14,231 nucleotides of DNA from a virus (lineage: Duplodnaviria > Heunggongvirae > Uroviricota > Caudoviricetes), in IMG/VR virus record IMGVR_UViG_3300050011_000047, positions 78,132 through 92,362 of that record, one strand, 5' to 3'. Shown piece by piece: positions 1 through 7,610 of the stretch. A program made the position numbers and the translations under genes. Positions within the stretch are counted from its first letter, which is position 1. Each line of letters begins with the position of its first letter. The notes under the pieces are model-generated. The model was not told where the DNA came from, did not search any database, and saw only the letters and a list, made by a program, of their open reading frames with translations.

Positions 1-22
1 GTCGTCTGTTCGGAGGCGTGGC

Positions 23-226
23 TTGAGACGCAACCGACGCAAGTTCGAGGCGCGCAAAGGACGCAACTCGGTCTACCTCGCGGAGCAGAAGGACGGCACA
101 TTCTCTATGTCGATCTTCTTGCGCTCGCCTACGGGTGTCAACGCATCGTGGTATGCTGCCGGGATGTCAACGTGGGATGAGGCGATCGCGTGCTTGCGCG
201 CGGCTTGGCCGGAGTGTCCGCTATGA
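23..226 (+). CDS. small hypothetical protein (67 aa)
   Basis: TTG start with GGAGG at 12-16; stop overlaps the next start (ATGA 223-226). Confidence 0.65.
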   Translation: MRRNRRKFEARKGRNSVYLAEQKDGTFSMSIFLRSPTGVNASWYAAGMSTWDEAIACLRAAWPECPL

Positions 227-462
227 TCGGGCGCGATTTCTTCCAGCGTGCGACCGATGCGGGCGCAATATCCGATGCTTCGATGAGCGAACTGCTCGAC
301 ACTTGGGGTATCGACATCGAAGCGTTCCTCGGGTGGATGATCGTCTACCGGCAGGCCGTCGTGAACTATGACCTTCCGATGGATGAGGTTGTCTCGTGCG
401 CACTCGTCGCGGGCTTCGAGACGGGCTATCGTGCTAGGCTTGCGGTCGAGGAGGCAGCATGA
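223..462 (+). CDS. small hypothetical protein (79 aa, MIGRDFFQ...)
   Basis: ATGA overlaps at both ends; start at 223 preferred over the track's 190. Confidence 0.7.
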   Translation: MIGRDFFQRATDAGAISDASMSELLDTWGIDIEAFLGWMIVYRQAVVNYDLPMDEVVSCALVAGFETGYRARLAVEEAA

Positions 463-638
463 GCGTACCCACCACCACCAAAGGCAAAACGGTCGGCGTT
501 CTTGGCTACACACGCATCCCCGCGCAGAAGTGCACGATCCCACCCGACGACCACGGGCTCACATGCAACGGCTACCCGTGCGACATGGTGCAGGAGAAGA
601 TGGGGCTTGACGAGTGGGGTAACCGGCTCGATGACTAG
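459..638 (+). CDS. small hypothetical protein (59 aa, MSVPTTTKGK...RLDD) with three Cys and one His
   Basis: Hand-translated, below track cut-off; ATGA coupling, GAGGAGG upstream, TAG 636-638. Confidence 0.7.
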   Translation: MSVPTTTKGKTVGVLGYTRIPAQKCTIPPDDHGLTCNGYPCDMVQEKMGLDEWGNRLDD

Positions 639-641
639 GAT
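636..641 (+). promoter_or_regulatory. -10 element TAGGAT of a leaderless promoter, overlapping the upstream TAG stop
   Basis: TANNNT + 6 nt + ATG648; no SD. Confidence 0.55.
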
Positions 642-647
642 GCGCGC

Positions 648-809
648 ATGACTAGACGGCAGATTGCGCACATTCCGCTCGTAGTGCTCGTGCTTCTGAT
701 TGGGTTGCCGGGCATCATCGTGGCGCTGCTCTATCGCGCGCTCGCGGCGTGGCTCCGTGCCTACATAAGCGCGCTCCGGTACCTACACTCGGTCTACATG
801 CCGTCATGA
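648..809 (+). CDS. small membrane protein (53 aa, MTRRQIAHIPLVVLVLLIGLPGIIVALLYRAL...)
   Basis: Hand-translated; long hydrophobic stretch; leaderless start. Confidence 0.65.
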   Translation: MTRRQIAHIPLVVLVLLIGLPGIIVALLYRALAAWLRAYISALRYLHSVYMPS

Positions 810-948
810 GGCAATCCGCTGCACGACTCTGAGGATGTCGTGCGCGATGGTGATGTGGAGGATTGGAGCCCGTACCACGAGTTCCGCGCCCGTACCGATC
901 CGCCGCCGTGGGGCCGAGGCGAGCGCGAATGATGGAGAGGATTGCACC

Positions 949-1068
949 GTGAGAGGCGAACTGCGCTTGAAGCCATGCCCGGTTTGCAACTACGCCTGCC
1001 TTGACGGCGACTGCACCAACTGCAAGCGCAAGGCAGCAGACGCGTTCGCGCGGTCGTTCGGGCGGTGA
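949..1068 (+). CDS. small zinc-finger-like protein (39 aa; CPVC...CTNC)
   Basis: GTG949 with GGAGAGG at 934-940; two CxxC; GTGA overlap with next gene. Confidence 0.6.
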   Translation: MRGELRLKPCPVCNYACLDGDCTNCKRKAADAFARSFGR

Positions 1069-1364
1069 ACAACCGCTTCACGGACACCGGCCCCTGCGTC
1101 GCGTGCGGGCTTATCCCGATGCCGGTCGAAGGGCTCGTGCATTACGAGCACGTCGATCCTTGCCTTGGCTGCCTCCCTGACGTGACGCAAGCGTGTTGCG
1201 GCCACGGCGGACTCTGCCAACCCTACGTCGTCATCGCGCCCGGCAATGCGCCCGGCACGTTCTCAAACGAACTCGCGCCCGGCACCAAGGAGCGTGTCCT
1301 TCATGACTCGGCGGCGCTTGCCTTCTTCGCGGAGCACGGCGTTGGCGCGGCAACGGCTGCGTAG
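1065..1364 (+). CDS. Cys-rich hypothetical protein (CVAC, DPCLGCLPDVTQACCGHG)
   Basis: Coupled at both ends; DPC-x-G-x-LP-x-V-xx-ACCGHG resembles a motif I recall from uncharacterised phage proteins. Confidence 0.75.
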   Translation: MNNRFTDTGPCVACGLIPMPVEGLVHYEHVDPCLGCLPDVTQACCGHGGLCQPYVVIAPGNAPGTFSNELAPGTKERVLHDSAALAFFAEHGVGAATAA

Positions 1365-1705
1365 TGGCGAGGCCCTCGAAGAAGCAGCAGGAGTGGCGCA
1401 GGGCGGTCAAGCGCGAGGAGCGCCGGTACGCCCGGATCGAACGTGGATTCCTTATGACGCCGTTCCACGCGCTCGCGGATTTCGCCTATGTCGTCTGCGA
1501 GGACTGCGGGCAGGAGCAGTCCGACCGGGACGTTTGCATGATGTGCGGCGGAGAGATTGCAACGACACACCCGCTCCACGATGAGTTCCGCGCCGAACTC
1601 GATAGACTCCGTTCGACGGCGCTCGATAGACTCGATGTATGGCTGATCCCGGACGCATCGACGGACGCATCACCGCTACCCACGGTGCAGCGGCAGCGGG
1701 CCTAG
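1364..1705 (+). CDS. zinc-ribbon hypothetical protein (CEDC...CMMC) with basic N-terminus
   Basis: TAGTG coupling; two CxxC 9 aa apart; 3' end overlaps next gene by 67 nt. Confidence 0.7.
   Translation: MARPSKKQQEWRRAVKREERRYARIERGFLMTPFHALADFAYVVCEDCGQEQSDRDVCMMCGGEIATTHPLHDEFRAELDRLRSTALDRLDVWLIPDASTDASPLPTVQRQRA
1627..1632 (+). promoter_or_regulatory. -10 element TAGACT of a leaderless promoter
   Basis: TAGACT + 6 nt + ATG1639, which is the first possible start in that frame. Confidence 0.55.
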
Positions 1706-2886
1706 GGGGCGCGGGCAGCAGTCAGAAGCCGGATAAGACGTTCGTCTTCGGTGGCACGCGGGACGCCAACGGCAACCCGGTAGCGCCGGGCTTCGCAGGC
1801 AAGCACCCCGCATCCCACAACGTGCCTCCCGCATTCGACGCGGGCGTAGCGCCGGACTCGGGCTCGCTCGATACAGCGGGCTTCACGACTCCCGTCGGCT
1901 TCGTCTTCAACGAGGGCACGGTTGTGATCCCATCGGCGTTGTTCGTCGCGGTTGGCGACATCGCGGATGCGGCGAACGCGGCTTCCACGCAGACGGTGAC
2001 CGCAGTCGCGATCCCTTACGTGACCTTCGACGGCGAGGACGAGAACGATTCTCCGATCCAACTCACGGACTACAGTCTGACGGATGCGTGGGTCACGGAC
2101 TATCAGTGGCTCTCGGACAACGGCTGCGTGTTCAACTCGACCGACCTCGCCAACCTCGATCCGACAACGTGCGCACGCGCGATGGGGCTCACCGGCATAG
2201 ACGAGTGGGGCTTCCTCGGATCGGTGACGCTCGACGGCGGGAACACGCTGCTTGTCTTCTCTACCGTGCCGGGATTCTTCGCGACGGACACGCTCACGCT
2301 CGACGCGACGGCAGTGACCGCCGTGTTCAACACGGGCACGTGGGAGTTCACGGCAATCAACGGCACCGGCCCGTTCACGCAGTACCTCTACACCGAGGAG
2401 GGCGGCGTCAATGCTCCGCTCCCGCTCGACCACGGCGTTCTCATGATCGACGGTTCGTACACCGGCCACAGTGAGATTGCGCTCCTGTGGAGTGACATCA
2501 TTGAGTCAACCCCGTACACGTTCCGCGCAAGCCAGTTCGACCGGCTTACGAACGACGCGGCAGAGTTCATCACCGGGCAAACCGATCCGGTCGGCCTCGA
2601 CCTGATTACAAGCGGGCCGCTCGCGGACATCTGCGTGGATCACGAGATGCGCCTGACTGACTACACGAACGGCTCGTGGATTCAGGGCTTGGTCACGAAC
2701 CTCGAAGCCCTCAACTTCGATCAAGACCTCCCTCCGAACGAGCGCCCGCTCAATGCCATCACCTGCACCTACACGATCACGGCGATGGACTTGTCGGGTT
2801 TGCTCCCCGTTGAGCAGATTCAGTTGAGCGGTGGTAATCCCGTCGAGGGCGACCACATTCTCATCTCGTGGGAGGGCGAGGGATGA
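1639..2886 (+). CDS. 415-aa acidic Asp/Thr/Gly-rich protein of unknown function, possibly virion-associated
   Basis: Long ORF with genome-typical codons; only 3 Lys; no signal peptide; ATGA-coupled to the protease. Confidence 0.8.
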   Translation: MADPGRIDGRITATHGAAAAGLGGAGSSQKPDKTFVFGGTRDANGNPVAPGFAGKHPASHNVPPAFDAGVAPDSGSLDTAGFTTPVGFVFNEGTVVIPSALFVAVGDIADAANAASTQTVTAVAIPYVTFDGEDENDSPIQLTDYSLTDAWVTDYQWLSDNGCVFNSTDLANLDPTTCARAMGLTGIDEWGFLGSVTLDGGNTLLVFSTVPGFFATDTLTLDATAVTAVFNTGTWEFTAINGTGPFTQYLYTEEGGVNAPLPLDHGVLMIDGSYTGHSEIALLWSDIIESTPYTFRASQFDRLTNDAAEFITGQTDPVGLDLITSGPLADICVDHEMRLTDYTNGSWIQGLVTNLEALNFDQDLPPNERPLNAITCTYTITAMDLSGLLPVEQIQLSGGNPVEGDHILISWEGEG

Positions 2887-3602
2887 GTCTTGAAACACGG
2901 ATCAAACTCGGCAACGTAACACCGGCCCGACGACGGCTCGCAGCCGCGACGGGCCAAGTCAGTGTTCCGGTAATCCCGACATCCCACTATTGGGCCACGT
3001 CTTCGGAGAACTTCCCGATGTACGGGAACGTGGCATACGGCGATTGCTCGTGCGCATCGGTGGGGCACATGATCGAGATTTGGTGCGCGAACAACGGCTC
3101 GGTCTACCTGCCGACGCTTGCCGACATCGTGCACGTCTACAAGTCCACACCGGACGCGGGCGGCGGCGGGCGCGATCAGGGAGTCGTGCTCGACTTCGTG
3201 AAGAACCACGGGATCGGCTCAAAGCAACTGCACAAAATCTATTGGCGCGAGGTCGCACCTACGCGCGACTCTGTGCGGCAGACGACCTACTTCCTCGGCG
3301 GCGGCTGCGTCGTGACGCTCAACCTCCCGAACTCGGTCAAGACGGGGCGCACATGGCGCGTCTCCTCGACCAACTCGACGCCCGGCGGCTTCGGCTCGCA
3401 CTCGGTCGATGTCGTCGGCTACGGGCCGAACGGCGTCGTCGTCTGCTCATGGGGGCAACTCATCCCGATGACGTGGGGCTTCTATGACAAGTACGTCGAA
3501 CAGGTGTTCGCGGTGCTCGGGTGGGATTGGATGGGTGCCGATGGCAACTCGCCGCTCGGGCACTCGTGGAAGGAACTGGCCCTACAGTTCGGCATCGAGT
3601 AG
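2883..3602 (+). CDS. papain-like (C1-type) cysteine peptidase
   Basis: GNVAYGDCSCAS (oxyanion Asn then catalytic Cys at papain Q19/C25 spacing), GSHSVDVVGYG (catalytic His), VVCSWG in place of NSWG; start 2883 from ATGA overlap. Confidence 0.75.
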   Translation: MSLETRIKLGNVTPARRRLAAATGQVSVPVIPTSHYWATSSENFPMYGNVAYGDCSCASVGHMIEIWCANNGSVYLPTLADIVHVYKSTPDAGGGGRDQGVVLDFVKNHGIGSKQLHKIYWREVAPTRDSVRQTTYFLGGGCVVTLNLPNSVKTGRTWRVSSTNSTPGGFGSHSVDVVGYGPNGVVVCSWGQLIPMTWGFYDKYVEQVFAVLGWDWMGADGNSPLGHSWKELALQFGIE

Positions 3603-3667
3603 TCCGGCGAATCTGCCCTTGCAAGGCCCGCGCATCTGTACTACTCACACAAGGCGCAGTATTCCGG

Positions 3668-3681
3668 GGAACGTGTGTTCG
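3668..3681. promoter_or_regulatory. LexA/SOS-like box GGAAC-GTGT-GTTCG
   Basis: One mismatch to Gram-positive CGAAC-N4-GTTCG; ends 5 nt upstream of the terS -10. Confidence 0.55.
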
Positions 3682-3686
3682 TCAGG

Positions 3687-3692
3687 TAGACT
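3687..3692 (+). promoter_or_regulatory. -10 element TAGACT of the leaderless terS promoter
   Basis: TAGACT + 6 nt + ATG3699; no usable SD. Confidence 0.65.
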
Positions 3693-3698
3693 TGGGGC

Positions 3699-4145
3699 AT
3701 GGCGACCCCCATCAAGATCACGCCTGAGGTCAAGGAGCGCGTTGCCGAGTTGATCGGCACCATCTGCACGTACCCGGAAGCGGCGGGCGCGGTCGGCATC
3801 TCCGAGCGGTCGGTCACGAACATCATGGCCGATCCCGAGTACCGCAAGAAGATGGAAGACATCAAGGCGGCACGCAACTCCGCGTCCGCGATGTTCGCGG
3901 CGGAGGTTCGGTCGATGATGGCGGCAACCAACGCCGACGGCACACCGGACATGTCGCTCCGCCGAGCCGGACTCGAACTCTACGGCAAGCACCCCGAACT
4001 CGTGGACACGGACATCGACGCGGGCGACGACGCGATGCTGCCGGGCGTAGTGATGCGCTTCCCGCGCGAGAAGTTCGCGGGCACGGAGATTCCCACGTTC
4101 ACTGAGGAAGACCTCGCGTACGTGCCGGTCGAAGCGGAACTCTAG
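3699..4145 (+). CDS. terS: terminase small subunit (N-terminal HTH)
   Basis: HTH-like TYPEAAGAVGISERSVTNIM; 148 aa; TAGTG-coupled to TerL. Confidence 0.75.
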   Translation: MATPIKITPEVKERVAELIGTICTYPEAAGAVGISERSVTNIMADPEYRKKMEDIKAARNSASAMFAAEVRSMMAATNADGTPDMSLRRAGLELYGKHPELVDTDIDAGDDAMLPGVVMRFPREKFAGTEIPTFTEEDLAYVPVEAEL

Positions 4146-5863
4146 TGGCACGGCACCTGTTCGTCGGCCCGCGCGGCGAAGTGCTCGGGATCATGAAGAA
4201 CATGCCGGGCTCGCGCGTGCACGTCGCGTGGACGGAGGAGAAGGCAGACGAGTGGTGGCTCGATCTTGAGCACGAGCAAATCCCTACCGATGTCGGCGTA
4301 GCGATCAGCGATCACGGGCTCGCGATGCTCGTGGGCTCGGGCACGTCGGGTGACGTGGGCGAGATGGAATCGGTGATGCCACCGAACGGTGACACCGAGG
4401 ATGTGCAACCGATCGGTTACAAACTCGGCCCGCTCGGGCAGCGGTTCATCCGGTGCTCGCACCCCGTCTACGGGTTCCGCGAGTTCCTCAACGTCTGGAA
4501 GTTCCTCGACCAAGACCACGGCATCATCCGCGTGTTCGGTGAGTCGTTGTGGCAGGGGCAGGAGATTGCCGTGCAGGCCGTGCAGTTGGAGGCGTGGATT
4601 TACTTCCTCAAGGCGCGGCAGATTGGCTACACAACCATCTGCATCGCCTACGACGCATGGGTGGCGCGGTTCCGCACACCGAACGCTCGCGTGCACCTTG
4701 TCTCGCGCACGGAGACGCTCGCGAAGGACTCACTGCTCAAGCCGATCAAGTCAGGCATTCAGCGGCTCCCGGCGGAGATGCAACTCCCGTGGATCGAGGA
4801 CACTACGACATATTTCACGCTCGACGCAGGGCCGGGCGACCGTCGGCACGTGCATGCCTACGCGGCGAAGGAGCCGGGGCGAGGCGAGACGTGTAACCAC
4901 CTGCATCTTGACGAGTGGGCGGCAATGGCGAAGACGGCTCCGTCGCTCCCGGCGGAGGTTTGGGCCTCAGCCGAACCGACCATCTCGAAGGCGGGCGGCA
5001 CCGCACACATCCTGACGACCGGCGTCGGCCCTGAGGGCTACTACGCGGAGACGTGGCACGCGGCGGTCGAGAACCGTGGGCAGTTCTTCGCCTGCTTCAT
5101 CGGCGCACAAGACTCGCGCCCGGACTACACGAAGCAGTGGCTCGCGGACAAAAAGCGCGAGATGAACGATGACGCTCGCTTCGCGCACGAGTACCCGCAG
5201 ACATGGCAGGACGCGCTCGCGGGCACAGGTGACACGTTCTTCACGGGCATCTCCCTCGACGCGGTAGGCGAGTACGCGCGTGGCTCAGTGCAGGCCGGAG
5301 CCCCAAGGCTGCGCGGCAAGGCGATGTTCATGGACAAGCGCACCGGCAAGTTGAAGAAGCGCAAGTACGTCAAGGCGTGGGATATCGCGGGGCCGGGCGA
5401 GAAGGCGGACGCCGTGGTCGGCACCGTGCTCGACGTGACCGAGGAAGTGTGGGACGTGGTGGAGCAGGAGGTCTACTACGGCGAGGAGTACCCGGTGACG
5501 GCGATGCGCATTCAGTGGATGGACGAGCGGTGGCCGGGGCTCAACGTGATCGAGGACAACGCGGCGGGCGGTGCGGTGCGTGCGTTCGTGACCGGCATCC
5601 CCGAGGATCGGCTCATCGGCTTCTCGACCAACCGCATCACGAAGCCGCTCATCCTCTCCGAGTTGAAGTTCGGACTCGAAGCGCAGTCGATCAAGTGGAA
5701 TCCGCGCGAGTGCCCGGTGCTTGATGCGCAGATGCGCACGTACAAGTTGGCGGACGAAAACATCAAGCAGGACACGGTGATGAGTTTGGCGTTTTGTGTT
5801 CATCATGGCCCCGATGCTAGAGAAGAATCAGGGGGGCGGATTCTTACAGTCGCACGAATCTGA
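4145..5863 (+). CDS. terL: terminase large subunit (T4 gp17 / Terminase_6-like)
   Basis: Walker A LKARQIGYTT, Walker B LHLDEWA, coupling motif ILTTG, nuclease acidic motifs KAWDIAG, IEDN, KQDTVMSLA. Confidence 0.95.
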   Translation: MARHLFVGPRGEVLGIMKNMPGSRVHVAWTEEKADEWWLDLEHEQIPTDVGVAISDHGLAMLVGSGTSGDVGEMESVMPPNGDTEDVQPIGYKLGPLGQRFIRCSHPVYGFREFLNVWKFLDQDHGIIRVFGESLWQGQEIAVQAVQLEAWIYFLKARQIGYTTICIAYDAWVARFRTPNARVHLVSRTETLAKDSLLKPIKSGIQRLPAEMQLPWIEDTTTYFTLDAGPGDRRHVHAYAAKEPGRGETCNHLHLDEWAAMAKTAPSLPAEVWASAEPTISKAGGTAHILTTGVGPEGYYAETWHAAVENRGQFFACFIGAQDSRPDYTKQWLADKKREMNDDARFAHEYPQTWQDALAGTGDTFFTGISLDAVGEYARGSVQAGAPRLRGKAMFMDKRTGKLKKRKYVKAWDIAGPGEKADAVVGTVLDVTEEVWDVVEQEVYYGEEYPVTAMRIQWMDERWPGLNVIEDNAAGGAVRAFVTGIPEDRLIGFSTNRITKPLILSELKFGLEAQSIKWNPRECPVLDAQMRTYKLADENIKQDTVMSLAFCVHHGPDAREESGGRILTVARI

Positions 5864-5873
5864 GGGTTTTTCC

Positions 5874-5902
5874 TTGACGGCTGCACATTTCTTTGCTACG
5901 AT
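5874..5902 (+). promoter_or_regulatory. sigma70/SigA-type promoter for the FkbM gene
   Basis: TTGACG (5874-5879), 17 nt, TG-c-TACGAT (-10 at 5897-5902). Confidence 0.8.
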
Positions 5903-5915
5903 GTATCCGTACACA

Positions 5916-5947
5916 ATCTACGCCATCTGCATCAACGAGGCGTAGAT
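5916..5947 (+). promoter_or_regulatory. 5'UTR hairpin covering the RBS and start codon
   Basis: ATCTACGCC (5916-5924) / GGCGTAGAT (5939-5947), perfect 9 bp; 3' arm takes part of GAGG and the AT of ATG5946. Confidence 0.55.
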
Positions 5948-6740
5948 GATCGAAGTGCCCACCCCTCGCGGAAGCACGGCGCGGTTCGAGTGCCGGGACG
6001 GTACGAGCGATGCCCAACTCGCCACGTACATCCTGACGACGGACGAGTACGCGCTAGCAGGGCGCTTCCTACAGGGGTGGGCACTCGATGTCGGCGCACA
6101 TATCGGCATCGTGTCCATCGCACTCGCGCTCGACAACCCCGGCCTCTGCATCCTTGCGCTAGAGGCCGTACCCGAAAACGCCAATGCACTGACACGGAAC
6201 GTCGCACTCAATGGGCTCGTAGGTCGAGTGCGTGTGGAGTGTGTTGCAGCCTCACGGCCCGGTATAGAGTTCGTGGACATCGACTACGGTTACATCCCGG
6301 ACGAAGACGAGTCCGAGCACCCGGACTATCAGGATCACACGTTCATCGGCAACACGTACCTCGGAGAAGGTAAGCGGGCAACACGCGCCGCACGAGTACC
6401 GGCTACCTCTCTGAGTGCAGTGCTCGACCGGCACGGGATCGAAGAAGTGTCGGCGCTCAAGATCGACTGCGAAGGCTGCGAGTGGGACTTCCTACAAGAC
6501 GCTGCCGTCGCACGAGTGCAGACGATCTTCGGGGAGACGCACGGCATCACGGCGGTCGAGGAGCATCTACGTGCTGCGTCGCACGAGGCGGCATGGCGAC
6601 CGGGCGCTCATCGTTGCAACTGCCAACGCGATCATCTTCACCGGCTGCTCGATACGACGCATGATGTTTCGTTCGGTGAGGTCTTCGCATTCGAGGCACA
6701 ACACAGAGAGGCCCCGAAGGGCCTCTCTGACGCTCGCTGA
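5946..6740 (+). CDS. FkbM-family SAM-dependent methyltransferase
   Basis: ALDVGAHIG, LEAVPEN, LKIDCEGCEW, IFGETH motifs. Confidence 0.9.
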   Translation: MIEVPTPRGSTARFECRDGTSDAQLATYILTTDEYALAGRFLQGWALDVGAHIGIVSIALALDNPGLCILALEAVPENANALTRNVALNGLVGRVRVECVAASRPGIEFVDIDYGYIPDEDESEHPDYQDHTFIGNTYLGEGKRATRAARVPATSLSAVLDRHGIEEVSALKIDCEGCEWDFLQDAAVARVQTIFGETHGITAVEEHLRAASHEAAWRPGAHRCNCQRDHLHRLLDTTHDVSFGEVFAFEAQHREAPKGLSDAR

Positions 6741-6845
6741 CCGTCACCACTGGACGACCTACTGTGCTCATCCCTCTGTGCGGGCGAGTCGCGATCCGGT
6801 GTCCAAACCGGCCTAGGTGCGTGGTTATCCGTGGCGCTGCGTGGA

Positions 6846-6851
6846 TAGAGT
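6846..6851 (+). promoter_or_regulatory. -10 element TAGAGT of a leaderless promoter
   Basis: TANNNT + 7 nt + GTG6859. Confidence 0.55.
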
Positions 6852-6858
6852 GTAGCAC

Positions 6859-7101
6859 GTGGTCTTCCTTCACTGGATCGAGCAGTTCTTCCATCCCGGC
6901 GAGTTGCGCACGCCTCACGGCGGCTATTGGTTTTGGAGCGGCATCGGCTCGGGCTCGCCTCTGTTCATCATGGCGCTCGGTTGGTGGTACAAGCACAACT
7001 GCCACGTGCACCGCTGCCCGCGCCTCTCCTGGCACCCGCACCCCGAGCACGGCCACCCGGTGTGCAAGCGCCACCATCCGCACGACCCTGCTACACTCTG
7101 A
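6859..7101 (+). CDS. small membrane protein with His/Cys-rich tail (HNCHVHRC...VCKRHH)
   Basis: YWFWSGIGS, hydrophobic segment, then HNCH-x3-C...C-xx-HH; resembles a family I recall from actinophages. Confidence 0.75.
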   Translation: MVFLHWIEQFFHPGELRTPHGGYWFWSGIGSGSPLFIMALGWWYKHNCHVHRCPRLSWHPHPEHGHPVCKRHHPHDPATL

Positions 7102-7166
7102 GAACATGTACGCCACGCAGCACCCGCAGACGCAGCATCAACCCGCCTAGGGCGGGCATAGTTCTC

Positions 7167-7238
7167 TGCGGGGTCTTGCTAATGGTAGGCGGACGGACTC
7201 TGAATTCGTAGGTGAAGGTTCGACTCCTTCCCCCGCAG
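7167..7238 (+). tRNA. tRNA-Gln(CTG), no encoded CCA
   Basis: Acceptor TGCGGGG/CCCCGCA + G73; anticodon arm ACGGA-CTCTGAA-TTCGT; T arm GAAGG-TTCGACT-CCTTC; D stem weak. Confidence 0.85.
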
Positions 7239-7246
7239 TTAGGGTC

Positions 7247-7269
7247 TTGAACATGCTACATTTGTTCAA
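7247..7269 (+). promoter_or_regulatory. extended -10 leaderless promoter (TG-c-TACATT) inside inverted repeat TTGAACA-N9-TGTTCAA
   Basis: -10 at 7257-7262, 6 nt to ATG7269; arms 7247-7253 and 7263-7269. Confidence 0.6.
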
Positions 7270-7610
7270 TGCCTAGAAAAGATCAAGAGGACAGAAACGC
7301 CTATCAGCGGAAGTGGTATTCGGAGAACAAGCAGGTCTACTACGACAAGAACAAGAGACGGCGTAACGAGTGTAGAGACTTCATCCGTAAATACTTGCTC
7401 GAACACCCGTGCGTGGACTGCGGGGAAGCGGACATTGTTGTCCTAGACTTCGATCATGTAAGAGGCGTGAAGATCAAGGAAGTGACGACAATGGCGCAGC
7501 AGGGGTACAGCATCAAACGGATAGTGAAGGAGATAGAAAAGTGTGAAGTTGTGTGCGCCAATGACCACAGACGGCGCACCAAGAAAAGACGACAATCGGG
7601 CGTGGTATAG
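7269..7610 (+). CDS. HNH endonuclease (free-standing, homing-endonuclease-like)
   Basis: CVDCG...LDFDH...EIEKCEVVCANDHRRRT; A-rich compared with neighbours; last 15 nt overlap tRNA-Pro. Confidence 0.85.
   Translation: MPRKDQEDRNAYQRKWYSENKQVYYDKNKRRRNECRDFIRKYLLEHPCVDCGEADIVVLDFDHVRGVKIKEVTTMAQQGYSIKRIVKEIEKCEVVCANDHRRRTKKRRQSGVV

Noticed and set aside
807-809. Selenocysteine or alternative genetic code at TGA
   Set aside because: TGA is a normal stop in many ATGA overlaps here; no convincing SECIS
1597-1633. Direct repeat CTCGATAGACTC (1597 and 1622)
   Set aside because: Encodes a repeated LDRL peptide; only the second copy has a start codon at promoter spacing
1702-5806. Minus-strand ORFs over the acidic protein, terS and terL
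   Set aside because: No motifs or start signals; shadows of well-supported plus-strand genes
4145-5863. Intein in TerL
   Set aside because: No splice-junction motifs or LAGLIDADG blocks; the extra length is N-terminal
7142-7156. CCCGCC-TAG-GGCGGG palindrome before tRNA-Gln
   Set aside because: Short GC stem with 3-nt loop; may be a terminator but too little support
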